A stretch of 64,000 nt of DNA from an uncultured Candidatus Saccharibacteria bacterium (GTDB lineage: Bacteria > Patescibacteriota > Saccharimonadia > Saccharimonadales > JACDBH01). The DNA is taken from positions 1,819 to 65,818 of the forward strand of contig CAZXJN010000003.1 in the NCBI GenBank assembly GCA_964641015.1, given 5' to 3'. The position numbers and the translations under genes are program-made. The notes under the pieces are model-generated. The model was not told the origin of the DNA. It saw only the letters and a program-made list of their open reading frames with translations, and ran no database searches. Shown here piece after piece: positions 48,394-57,420 of the stretch (the first letter of the stretch is position 1; each line of letters opens with the position of its first letter).

Positions 48394-48499
48394 GCTGCTA
48401 TATCCCCTATTAATGTATTCGTATCGGTTAAAGTGGTGATGTTTGCACGTACTTCAGGGGGCGAATACGGGCTGACAGTATCTTGAAGCCTAGTGAGGT

Positions 48500-50020
48500 T
48501 CATGATTCAAGCACCTCGCCTCCCCCGAAAATATTAGTAATAGAGGTGAGTTCACTATTTTCCTCAGCGGGCGGATCTGCGGGCATAGCGTCAAAATCTG
48601 GCTGCTCGGCAGGCAGTGCGGTTTTGGTCAGGTTTTTGTCATGTACGGCATTGATCCGATAGGAAGTGCCGGTGACCTTGGTGACAGCCTCGTGAATTTT
48701 TGCTTGAGTTTCTGCATCAGCCGCTTTCTTTTTGTGAAATCCAAACCCAAAACTAAGGTGCAGCGTGTCATCGTCGATGCGCGGTTCGGCCATGCGAAGA
48801 ATACCGTAGAGGGTATTGTTGGCGGATTTTATATGCTGGAGGACTTCGCTCCACCACTCGGCAGGGCTGCCCTTGGCTTGAATATTGGCAGGAGCTTCTG
48901 TTTCTTTATTTTGCGGTTTGGGCGTGTCGGCAGCTTTTTGTGGTAAAGCTTCAAGTGATTCAGTCTGTTTTGGCGGTGCAGGAGTTGCAGTGGCGACAGC
49001 GGGTGGCGGTGCGACAGCTTCAGCTGTCTTGGCTGGCGACGGGGTTTTTTTGGCGACGGGATGAACTGCCAGGTGTGCACGGAATAGAGCGATTTCCAGT
49101 GCACTGGAGGGTTCGCCGCTGGCTGGCACGTCAACCAGATCACCGAGCAGCTGCAAAAGTACATCGGTATGCGCCTGATTTGGCCCTACGATGCGTTTTC
49201 GAGCTGCTGCTGATGCTTGTTTTGCAACCTGGGCTGGTCCTACGCCGTCTGCAATGCACGCATTGAGCGCATCCATAATATCTGCAGGCGTACCTTCGAA
49301 TACCGAAGCGATGATTTGTTCGACGTGCTCAGACGACGCCAAGCCAATGAGCGACCTTACATCCTCGGCAGTGATACTGCCTCCGCTCCGGCCTACTTGA
49401 TCGAGCAGGCTGATACTGTCGCGAAAACTTCCCTGCCCGTGTTCTGCCAGCAAGGTCAAGGCTTGTTTATCGATAGTGATGCCTTCTGCCTTTGCAAGTT
49501 TTGTCAGATGCTTCACTGCAGTGTCAACATCGATTGGTTTAAAGGCAAAGCGCTGCGTGCGGCTAACAATAGTCTCAGGCAGCTTATGAAGCTCGGTAGT
49601 AGCAAGAATAAATACGGCGTGTGCAGGCGGCTCTTCGAGCGTTTTGAGCAGCGCATTGAATGCCTCGCGCGTAAGCATATGAACTTCATCAATAATATAC
49701 ACTTTGTAAGTGGCGCTGGTCGGTGCGATATGGACTTTGTCGCGCAGGTCGCGTATTTCATCAATGCGGCGGTTGCTGGCTGCATCTATCTCGATAATAT
49801 CCAGGTGGGTGGTCTCGTCCGTATAGGGCAAGTTGTTGATTTCGTGCGCCAGAATTCGAGCAACAGATGTTTTGCCGACGCCTCTAGGGCCAGTAAATAA
49901 ATAGGCGTGGCTAATTGAGCCGGTCTTTAATGCCCTGCTCAGTGTCTTGGTAATATGCTCCTGGCCAGCGACTTCTGCGAGCGAGCGAGAGCGGTATTTT
50001 CGATATAAAGCCTGTCCCAT
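48500..50020 (-). CDS. dnaX: DNA polymerase III subunit gamma/tau
   Basis: GPRGVGKTS, the IIDEVHMLT box, SRTQRF, and an Ala/Pro-rich linker. Confidence 0.9.
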   Translation of the reverse strand: MGQALYRKYRSRSLAEVAGQEHITKTLSRALKTGSISHAYLFTGPRGVGKTSVARILAHEINNLPYTDETTHLDIIEIDAASNRRIDEIRDLRDKVHIAPTSATYKVYIIDEVHMLTREAFNALLKTLEEPPAHAVFILATTELHKLPETIVSRTQRFAFKPIDVDTAVKHLTKLAKAEGITIDKQALTLLAEHGQGSFRDSISLLDQVGRSGGSITAEDVRSLIGLASSEHVEQIIASVFEGTPADIMDALNACIADGVGPAQVAKQASAAARKRIVGPNQAHTDVLLQLLGDLVDVPASGEPSSALEIALFRAHLAVHPVAKKTPSPAKTAEAVAPPPAVATATPAPPKQTESLEALPQKAADTPKPQNKETEAPANIQAKGSPAEWWSEVLQHIKSANNTLYGILRMAEPRIDDDTLHLSFGFGFHKKKAADAETQAKIHEAVTKVTGTSYRINAVHDKNLTKTALPAEQPDFDAMPADPPAEENSELTSITNIFGGGEVLES

Positions 50021-50161
50021 TAAATTCTTAGCTCCTGCCCTTCTTTATAGAGTGCATCAGGGCGTCTGCCTCCACTTAGCTTGTATGCTTAGTATACTGG
50101 TATATTTCGCGGCTTGCTACCCCTGTTGTTTATAACACGGGGATAACCCTGTTGATAGAAA

Positions 50162-50761
50162 CTATTTTTTTATTGCATCACTCAGATATTTATGTGAAGC
50201 GAGCAAGCTAAGCGCAATACCGCTATAGCCCACTATGCTTCCCAGGGTTTTAACGGCCTTGCCTATTGCTGGTCGGCTTTCGGCGAGTTTGCTGCCAACT
50301 GCGTGAAGGCCCAATCCGCTGCTTTGGGCAAACATACCATATTTACCAGCGGGGACAGGGTGTACCTGTTGCTCTTCGTTACGATACTGATCATATAGTG
50401 TAATGCTCGCATTGAGACTGTTTTGCGTGATAATTCCACATACAAGCCCTTTGGGTGCTCGCTCTTCTTGCAGAAGCGTGAACGCTAAATAACCCATCTT
50501 CACCTTGTCAAGCGTTGCATCGATCTTTTCGCCCAAAGGGGTGGCGGTATCTGTGGCACGCGCAATCCTGCCATCAATCACATCAGCTGCAAAGCCAGTT
50601 CCGGTGAGTACAATACCTCTCCAGGAGTCCAGGTGTCGAATTCCGTAGACAGCAGCCAAAAAACCAAGCCCACTTACTACATTTGCCGGAGTTACCGCAT
50701 CATGCGTTACATCAGCAATTTGCTGAGACATCTCTAGTAGTCTATGGTTTGCACCGCTCAT
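50162..50761 (-). CDS. CDP-alcohol phosphatidyltransferase family protein
   Basis: Motif DVIDGRIAR-x8-G-x3-D-x3-D (DVIDGRIARATDTATPLGEKIDATLDK). Confidence 0.8.
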   Translation of the reverse strand: MSGANHRLLEMSQQIADVTHDAVTPANVVSGLGFLAAVYGIRHLDSWRGIVLTGTGFAADVIDGRIARATDTATPLGEKIDATLDKVKMGYLAFTLLQEERAPKGLVCGIITQNSLNASITLYDQYRNEEQQVHPVPAGKYGMFAQSSGLGLHAVGSKLAESRPAIGKAVKTLGSIVGYSGIALSLLASHKYLSDAIKK

Positions 50762-50844
50762 TTGCCACTACTATACAATAGTTCACTACGCAAACCATAA
50801 GCGGCCTAAGCCCTACTGTAGCTATAAAAAGTTCAGGCAGTTTC

Positions 50845-51351
50845 TTACAAAGCAGCTTCGAGTGCAGCCCATTCGGCATTGCCGTCTTCGGGGATACTGA
50901 TACTGACCTGATCGCCTGGTTTTGCCTTAAAGTAAGTGACGCTGGCGAGTAGTACACGATAATCTTTGCCGTCGTAGTTCACGGTGTAGTGGCCGTCTTT
51001 TTGGGTGAGAGTGCCCACTACTTGCTTGCGTGGAATCGGCCCAATTTGCTTATATAAAAACGCACCATCATCAGCAATAGTAAGTTTGAGGATGTCACCC
51101 TGCACCAGTTTGGACTTGCTGGCGTAGTTTGCTGGCACTGGATAGGTTTTAGCATCACTGCCCACCATGTTTTGGCCATCAAATACGCCCTCTATAATCT
51201 TGCCCACTTGCTCTTCGCTAGGCCCTGCCGGCAGCACCGCCTCATCACCAACCAGGCTAATAAGCAGTTCTTTGGCCGCGGCAAGATTTGTTTCGGCCTC
51301 TTGAATCAGAGCCTTTAGTCTTTTGACTTGTTTTTCTGGTAACTCCGCCAT
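50845..51351 (-). CDS. Hypothetical protein (N-terminal coiled coil, C-terminal beta-rich domain)
   Basis: 168-aa ORF with coding-like composition. It sits where rpoB would be expected after rplL. Confidence 0.55.
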   Translation of the reverse strand: MAELPEKQVKRLKALIQEAETNLAAAKELLISLVGDEAVLPAGPSEEQVGKIIEGVFDGQNMVGSDAKTYPVPANYASKSKLVQGDILKLTIADDGAFLYKQIGPIPRKQVVGTLTQKDGHYTVNYDGKDYRVLLASVTYFKAKPGDQVSISIPEDGNAEWAALEAAL

Positions 51352-51486
51352 CCTTTGTACTTTTTCTTTCTCGCAATTTATTTTATGTCAGGTACACTTA
51401 CGTGTAACCGTATCATAGCCGTTATGTCAAGTCAAAGATAAGCAGTATTTTCTGTGGATAAATATTTTGTATAATTTTTTGATTAA

Positions 51487-51522
51487 TAAAAAAGCTGCCC
51501 CTCATCTGAAGGGCAGCTTTTA
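51487..51522 (-). terminator. Intrinsic terminator after rplL
   Basis: AAGCTGCCC...GGGCAGCTT stem flanked by A- and T-runs. Confidence 0.75.
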
Positions 51523-51560
51523 TTGATAGAGGCTCTAATCGCCAAGACCTAGAATTGACC

Positions 51561-51941
51561 TTAGGCCAATTCGACCGTAGCGCCAGCTTCTTCAAGCGTC
51601 TTCTTATGAGCTTCAGCTTCTTCTTTTGGTGACTTCTCGACCACTGTCTTTGGAGCACCGTCAACGATAGCCTTTGCTTCTCCAAGACCGAGACCTGTAA
51701 TGTCCTTGACAGCCTTGATTACTGCAACTTTCTGAGCACCAGCTTCTTTGAGGACTACATCGTACTCAGCCTTGCCTTCGTCAGCAGCAGGAGCGTCGCC
51801 GCCCGCAGCCGGACCAGCAACTGCAACAGCTGCAGCAGCAGGCTCAATGCCGTACTCATCCTTTAGGATGGTTTTTAGTTCGTTTACTTCAAGCACAGTG
51901 AGCTTGGTTAGTTCTTCGGCTAGTTTCTTTACATCTGCCAT
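51561..51941 (-). CDS. rplL: Ribosomal protein L7/L12
   Basis: A canonical Ala-rich hinge and a canonical C-terminal domain ([28 protein letters not shown]). Confidence 0.95.
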   Translation of the reverse strand: MADVKKLAEELTKLTVLEVNELKTILKDEYGIEPAAAAVAVAGPAAGGDAPAADEGKAEYDVVLKEAGAQKVAVIKAVKDITGLGLGEAKAIVDGAPKTVVEKSPKEEAEAHKKTLEEAGATVELA

Positions 51942-52048
51942 ATGGTTAAATCTCCTTCTAGTAGATCTAAATATTTGATAGTAAATATTTGATATTTAAG
52001 AACTCAATCCTCAAGTATCAAATATCAAGTATGCAAGCAAAGCTTGCC

Positions 52049-52570
52049 TTATGAGGCTTTCGCCTCTACTCCTTCAAGCAGCGCATGCAGATTGCCGGAA
52101 AGCGCGCTGGTCACATCGTTTACTGGTGATAGTAATGTTGCAACGACCTGGGCAATCAACTCGTTCTTGCTTGGCAGGCTGGCCAGGGCCTTGACCTCAT
52201 CTGCATCGATGAACTTGCCTTCAGCAGTGATGGCACCCACGAATTGGATCGAAGGGTTGGTCTTAGCAAAGGTGTTCAGCGCTGCGGCCGGGGCTACTTC
52301 ATCTTCCGTGTTGAAAGCGTAGAGTAGTTGGCCGGTGAGTGCGCTGGTGTCGACATCTTTGAGCGATTCGCTGGATTCAAGCGCCTTGATAACCAGACGA
52401 TTCTTGATGACACTGATCTTAGTGCCGCCAGTCTTTGCTTCCTTGCGAAGCGACTGGATTGCCTTTACGGTTGTGCCTTGGTACTGTGCGACTACTGTCA
52501 ACTTAGAGTTTGCGAGCAGCTCGCTGACCTCAGCGACAACTTCGTTCTTTTTTGCTTTGCTTAAAGCCAT
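52049..52570 (-). CDS. rplJ: Ribosomal protein L10
   Basis: Its position upstream of rplL and the typical N-terminus (KAKKNEVV.EV.ELL...). Confidence 0.9.
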   Translation of the reverse strand: MALSKAKKNEVVAEVSELLANSKLTVVAQYQGTTVKAIQSLRKEAKTGGTKISVIKNRLVIKALESSESLKDVDTSALTGQLLYAFNTEDEVAPAAALNTFAKTNPSIQFVGAITAEGKFIDADEVKALASLPSKNELIAQVVATLLSPVNDVTSALSGNLHALLEGVEAKAS

Positions 52571-52818
52571 GATTTCTCCTTTGTAGAAATCTAGTTGAAA
52601 GTTTGAAAAAGTTTAAAAGTTTGAAACTTTAGACTTTTTTCTTGCGGTAAATGCCGCTGTCCTGCTAATCGACCAATAGCGAGAACTGATTACAGACTAA
52701 AAACGTCCTTGTATTACTACAAAGACGTTCATATGAATAGCAAGTTTAATTGTATTCACCTCGGTAGCATACTTAGGTCGCTTGGGGCGACTGCTACTGT
52801 CTTTGGTAATCAAAAAGT

Positions 52819-52847
52819 ATGATACGCTACTTCACCCCTGTTGTCAA
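52819..52847 (-). promoter_or_regulatory. Strong consensus promoter for rplJ-rplL, followed by a ~240-nt leader
   Basis: On the minus strand: TTGACA, a 17-nt spacer (ACAGGGGTGAAGTAGCG), then TATCAT. Confidence 0.55.
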
Positions 52848-53212
52848 CCTTTTTACCCCCTAGTTTTTTTATGCACACATCTGCCCGTGCGAGATAGCAA
52901 CAGATTGCTCAACAGGGGTGAGTGACTCTGCCTTCACATTCTTCTTAGTATACATTGTATCATACCTGTCAATATTTGTCAATAGGCTTGATCTTTGTAG
53001 CGTTGCGGAGGGTATTAGCACGTCCGCCGCAATTGATTGGCAGGAGGTACTTGACAAGCTGCGGCAATGGAGGTACCTTGGTAGTCGTGATACATTTTGT
53101 CCAAACCCTTATCGCCAAGTGCATGCCAAGCCACAAGCTCGGCTTTGTATATATTGTGGCGAAAAAATAGTGGTTGGAATCTTGTAGCGCACAGGCCTCA
53201 TCGAAACAAACA

Positions 53213-53248
53213 AAACCGGATTCCAACCAACAAGGATCCGGTTTTTTT
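53213..53248 (+). terminator. Strong plus-strand intrinsic terminator with no convincing upstream CDS
   Basis: AACCGGATtcc...GGATCCGGTT followed by T7. Confidence 0.7.
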
Positions 53249-53384
53249 AACGCCGGTGAATCCATAAGCGAATTGGACTAAGCTCAAATCCGTTTATGGA
53301 AGCATCTGCTTCCTACCATCCCCGAGGGGGGATAGCACCTGTTCCGAGATACGGGACAAACAATTTGGACAACTGGAGAAGACA

Positions 53385-53561
53385 ATGATTGACTTCACGA
53401 CACTTGATGCAGAGATTTACGACGCGGTTCAAGGAGGCGATCTTGACTACGCATCTCGACTTCTTGGAGAGCACAAGGATGTCATAACCGAAGATGAGTA
53501 CAACGAACTCGCACGGCTTATCCGAGAGGCGCGCCTTGCGGCAGCAACTCATTCAGCCTAG
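53385..53561 (+). CDS. Small acidic helical ORF (58 aa, below the ORF-track cutoff)
   Basis: Hand translation gives MIDFTTLDAEIYDAVQGGDLDYASRLLGEHKDVITEDEYNELARLIREARLAAATHSA. A GGAG sits about 7 nt upstream. Confidence 0.35.
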   Translation: MIDFTTLDAEIYDAVQGGDLDYASRLLGEHKDVITEDEYNELARLIREARLAAATHSA

Positions 53562-53579
53562 CAGTTCCTAAGACTCACT

Positions 53580-53860
53580 TCTGTATCCATATGTGGTAGA
53601 GTCTACCGATGGCGCCGATAACTGGCTGCCTACGCTTAGTAGACTGGGCATTACAGAGGTCTTATCCTAAGCCTCGTAAGGATTGCGGCCCGTTGCCCTT
53701 CCTGTTTTGCTTGTTCTGGCGAGTAACGCGTATTGCGGCGTGGGTAGCCCATATGCCTGAGAAGCCAGAACCTACCACGGTGGCCGGGGAGTTTACAGAC
53801 AGAGCCTTTTGCTCCTCCCTTAGCCCACCTAGTCCTCCAGTTGTCTTAATAAACCAATAA
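53580..53860. other. Apparently non-coding, hairpin-rich region (candidate structured RNA, unidentified)
   Basis: The ORFs on both strands look non-protein-like. Complementary pairs include GTTCTGGC (53712-19)/GCCAGAAC (53764-71), AGTCTAC (53600-06)/GTAGACT (53638-44) and GTGGTAG (53593-99)/CTACCAC (53772-78). Confidence 0.25.
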
Positions 53861-53873
53861 ACCAATAAAGATT

Positions 53874-54074
53874 ATGAGTTTGCACGAAATAAACCCACAC
53901 AGAGACTACACGCCCGATGATAGGCGAATTTATGCTGAGCTAGCGGTGCTTAAAGATATCTTAGAAAAAGAAAAAATACAGAGAACCGGCAGCTACTTGA
54001 TTAGATTGGACCGTAAAATGTTCGGCTATTCAGTGCCGGAGGACGATAATACTCCTGAGGAGATATCAGACTAA
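53874..54074 (+). CDS. Small hypothetical ORF (66 aa)
   Basis: The composition is coding-like, but there is no SD sequence. Its 3' end overlaps the convergent tmk-thyX stop. Confidence 0.3.
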   Translation: MSLHEINPHRDYTPDDRRIYAELAVLKDILEKEKIQRTGSYLIRLDRKMFGYSVPEDDNTPEEISD

Positions 54075-56398
54075 TCTTTCATTTGATCTAACTTGAATTG
54101 AGTGTAGCGCTCGGCTGCTAGGCGGGTCAGTTCTTCATCTTCGTCTTTATTGACGAACTTCATGGCTTGGCCAATCATCGGGTGGACTTCGGTGAGCTTG
54201 TCATGCATTTGTTTGACCAGTTTGCGGTAGCCTGGGTGGCCTTGCGGACTGGTGCGCAGCTCGTGCAGGTGAAACGCTTCGCGGGCGTTATAGGTAATCT
54301 TCCAGCGCATACGGTGGCCAAGCAGCGTTGCATATTGAGCTTCGAGCTCGTAACCATGCTGCTGCAGCAAGCTGTACAGCGCAGCGCTTTTGTCAAAACA
54401 GGCTTCGAATGTATCAGCGAGACCAGCTTTTTCGACCAGCTCCGGAACATCAAACCCATAGCGCGGAGTCAAGAACTGCCACTCGAGGCTGTCGACCATT
54501 CGGTGGCGCTGCAAGTCGCGAAAAATACCGTAATCACAGATGAGATCCCAGCTGTAGTGAGCAATCTCCAGGGCTCGGCCCGGGCGATGTCTGCGATTGA
54601 GCCGCTCTCCCATGTAGGTAGTGAAAGCTTCAGTTTTTTGGTCGTAAGTCCACTGAGCGATTTCCTTTTCGAGGTTTTCTAGGCTGAGGGCACTATGCTC
54701 GTACAGCATATGCGGCAGCAGGTCCAGTTCGTTGCGCGGCCAAAAATCCACCAGCTGCACGTCATCATCGAGGCTGCCCAGGGTTTGTGGGAGGTGCTTG
54801 TTCGCAAACTCTTTCATCCCCTTGTACGTAGTGGCACGGTACGCAATGGCAGCGCCTCCGCGATCTGGTTTATCAGCACGCTCGAGAAATGTCGGGATAG
54901 TTTTACGGGCTTCGCGCAGGAGTGCCTCACCGGTTATTTTTGCCTCCTGGAGCTCGTCACTCAGCAGGTGCATAATCAAGCTCTCGAGCGCCTGCCCAGA
55001 GGCGTAGATGCCGACAGTTGACTTTGTGGCGACCGGCAGCACAGGACGGATTGCATCGCAGGCTTGCGCACGAGTAGCGCCATTGAAGGCTACGTCACGC
55101 TCCTTTTCTGGCACGCTGCTATGGGCGCGGACATACTCTGTCAGCTCGCGCACCATTTCTGAATAGCTGTCAAAAATCTCGTCCATAGTGGCGATATACT
55201 TTGCTTTGACAGATTTTTTCAGGTTTTTTGGTACGTAGTAGCGGTAGCGGCCTTTTTCATCCTTTTGGTCAAAGTAAATATAGCGGGTGGATTGCTCCAG
55301 ATAGCTGGCCAGCCTGCCCCACTCAAGCTTTTTAGTCAGCAGATTGCTGGCGTTTTCTACGACCAAGTGCTGCCCCACCAGCTGCTGCACGGAATCGTCG
55401 CCGTATGCGGTGATTACGCGCTGGAGGAGCTTTTCGTCTTTGCCCATCGCACCGGCGAATTCATCTAGGATTGTGATGCGCATATCATCGCCGCGCCGGC
55501 TGAGGCGAGCCATTGCAGCGGCAATCGTAGTGGCACTGAGCTTGTCAGAAAACCCATAGACGTCCGCTTCGGTGTTAGTGACTGCTTCATCTAAGAAAGC
55601 CTTGCCCTCAGGGGTTATTTCGTAGGTACCCGACTTGGTTCTACGGACGTATTCGATATCTCTATCCTTGTCCTGTGTCTCAGCGATTTGCTCTTTTTTC
55701 TCGTTAATAATATCTTTGATGGGCGTGGCGGGAGCAGCGAGGCTGACCGGTGGTGCGGATTCGTGAGCGGTGCGGGTAGTTTTTGTACCGTTGATAGTCT
55801 GCCAGATGTCTTCTGCTACCTCTTCGGGTGGTCTGTCGGCAAAGATGACCGGCAGTTCACGCTGCTTGGCTTCCCATAAATAGCCGGCTCGAACACGTTC
55901 GAGGAATGCCTCGTCCAGATTATCAAATCGTTCGCCTGCTCCACGGTCCTTAGCCCGCTGTCGCAGCGTCTGCACCGGAGCGTCGAGCACGATGGTCATG
56001 TCAGGCTGCATATCACCCACTGCAAAGTCGATAATGCGGGTGATTGTCTCGTAGTCTGGCACATCACCCCGGCCATAGTACTGAATGGCGAGAGTGGTCA
56101 GGTAGTTTCGGTCGCAGATGCAGATCACGCCTTGCTCGCGGGCATTTCTAATTACTTCAAGCGACTGGCTGCGCGCAGCGTTATAGAGAAGCACCTCGGT
56201 GCGGGTATTCATCGGGTACTGCGGATTTTGGGTGAGCAGCCTGATAGTGCGAGCCGTCAGGTCAGATTGGCTGTCTGGTTCACGGAAAATCCGCACTGGA
56301 TAGCCGGCAGATTGGAGCCTGCTCGCGAGCAGTTCTATCTGAGTGGTCTTGCCTACGCCCTCAGGCCCCTCGATGACAATGTAGCTACCCTTACTCAT
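54071..56398 (-). CDS. Fusion protein: thymidylate kinase (N-terminal ~205 aa) plus a tandem ThyX-like flavin-dependent thymidylate synthase region (~540 aa)
   Basis: The Tmk part has the P-loop IVIEGPEGVGKTT, REP and DRNYLTTLAIQ. The ThyX-like part has two repeats. The first reads WGRLASYLEQSTRY, with S..QS.RY kept and RHR degenerate. The second reads LQRHRMVDSLEWQFLTPRY, with RHR intact. Confidence 0.8.
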   Translation of the reverse strand: MSKGSYIVIEGPEGVGKTTQIELLASRLQSAGYPVRIFREPDSQSDLTARTIRLLTQNPQYPMNTRTEVLLYNAARSQSLEVIRNAREQGVICICDRNYLTTLAIQYYGRGDVPDYETITRIIDFAVGDMQPDMTIVLDAPVQTLRQRAKDRGAGERFDNLDEAFLERVRAGYLWEAKQRELPVIFADRPPEEVAEDIWQTINGTKTTRTAHESAPPVSLAAPATPIKDIINEKKEQIAETQDKDRDIEYVRRTKSGTYEITPEGKAFLDEAVTNTEADVYGFSDKLSATTIAAAMARLSRRGDDMRITILDEFAGAMGKDEKLLQRVITAYGDDSVQQLVGQHLVVENASNLLTKKLEWGRLASYLEQSTRYIYFDQKDEKGRYRYYVPKNLKKSVKAKYIATMDEIFDSYSEMVRELTEYVRAHSSVPEKERDVAFNGATRAQACDAIRPVLPVATKSTVGIYASGQALESLIMHLLSDELQEAKITGEALLREARKTIPTFLERADKPDRGGAAIAYRATTYKGMKEFANKHLPQTLGSLDDDVQLVDFWPRNELDLLPHMLYEHSALSLENLEKEIAQWTYDQKTEAFTTYMGERLNRRHRPGRALEIAHYSWDLICDYGIFRDLQRHRMVDSLEWQFLTPRYGFDVPELVEKAGLADTFEACFDKSAALYSLLQQHGYELEAQYATLLGHRMRWKITYNAREAFHLHELRTSPQGHPGYRKLVKQMHDKLTEVHPMIGQAMKFVNKDEDEELTRLAAERYTQFKLDQMKD

Positions 56399-57104
56399 AG
56401 CTGACCTCGCTGATTTTTACTGGCATTTCGCGTTTGTCTTTCCAGGCTTTTGGCAGCATCTGCCCTGGCTCCCAAGTTTTCATAATAGTGCGCAGATCGG
56501 TGCCTGTCTGATATTTGCCGCTAAAGCCGCCATCCCGCCCCGCCCCGTAGTTGCCGTCAACCTCTCCGGTGTGATGGAAGACAATCTGGGCAATTCGTTC
56601 GCCCACTGGCAGCAGGATAGTTTCCCGCTCGTTCAGGTTAAATATCTCCAGCGTCAGACGATTGATATATCCAGGGTCAATCCAGCCGGCGTCAAAGCAT
56701 ACAGCCACGCCGTTGCGGCCCCAGCTGGAACGGCTTTTGACCTCGCATGCGCCCGGTGGCACAATACCAAAAAACTCATGGGTGTGTGCCAGGATGCGTT
56801 CGCCCGGCTTGATTGCAATCACCGGGTGGTCCTCTGGTATGTTCTTTTGTAGTTTTACCCCATTGAGATCGCACCATTGCTTGTGCGGCATTGCCTTGTA
56901 TGGCCCGTCAAAATAGCGCTCTACATCCTCGCGGTCAAATGGGTTATAGATATTGCGCTCGTTCGTGCGCTCGGTGCGGAAATAATGGTAGCCAAGCGTT
57001 ACGTCCAAAGACGCGTGGCTGACGTGCTTATCATTGAATGGCACGCACAGAATGTGCTTGTCGGCAATGGCCTGACGAATCTCGGTATTACTAAAAACCC
57101 CCAC
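56391..57104 (-). CDS. dcd: dCTP deaminase family protein (Dcd/Dcd-Dut-like)
   Basis: SRSSWGRNG, AGWIDPGY...LTLEIFN and GKYQ motifs. The GTG at 57104 with RBS GAGGGGAG is preferred over the track start at 57194. Confidence 0.8.
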   Translation of the reverse strand: MGVFSNTEIRQAIADKHILCVPFNDKHVSHASLDVTLGYHYFRTERTNERNIYNPFDREDVERYFDGPYKAMPHKQWCDLNGVKLQKNIPEDHPVIAIKPGERILAHTHEFFGIVPPGACEVKSRSSWGRNGVAVCFDAGWIDPGYINRLTLEIFNLNERETILLPVGERIAQIVFHHTGEVDGNYGAGRDGGFSGKYQTGTDLRTIMKTWEPGQMLPKAWKDKREMPVKISEVSYE

Positions 57105-57297
57105 TGTTACTCCCCTCTCAAATACTATAGTTTTAGTGTACAGACCACAGACTAGCACTACAAGCATAAGTATGTTGTAGTTTTTAAGAAGCAATAAATC
57201 GCGTATTCACTTTTGCCACGATCGTGAGAGTTTTGAATATGTAAATAATGGGAAGTAAGGAGCAGGGGGTAGGGAGTATGTGGTGGAATTTTGAAAA

Positions 57298-57420
57298 GTG
57301 AAATAAGAAATATGTTGTTACTTTCGCAAGCTTGTTTTCTAGGACCAGGCCCGAAAAAATATCAAATCTGCAAATTTTTACCCTGTAAAAGGCCGGGCCT
57401 TTTACAGATAGGAATGTTAT
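57298..57420. repeat. Copy 1 of a ~123-bp imperfect direct repeat
   Basis: It aligns with 57668-57790 at roughly 75% identity by eye, sharing the blocks aaataagaaat, tgttttcta.gacca, aaatctgcaa and tttaccctgtaaaa. It contains the hairpin CTGTAAAAGGCcggGCCTTTTACAG. Confidence 0.7.

Noticed and set aside
51942-52048. An AT-rich inverted repeat (AAATATTTGATA ... TATCAAATAT) in the rplJ-rplL spacer, considered as a possible novel element.
   Set aside because: An intercistronic stem-loop between L10 and L7/L12 genes is common and needs no special explanation. I have no evidence beyond the local hairpin.
53580-53860. Possible RNase P RNA, SRP RNA, tmRNA or 6S RNA.
   Set aside because: On neither strand did I find GGAAAGTCC with ACAGAA..GGCTTA (RNase P), CCGGAAGGAAGCAGC (SRP) or a tRNA-like GGTTCGA...CCACCA 3' end (tmRNA). 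6S RNA cannot be judged without folding. The region is kept only as an unidentified structured region.
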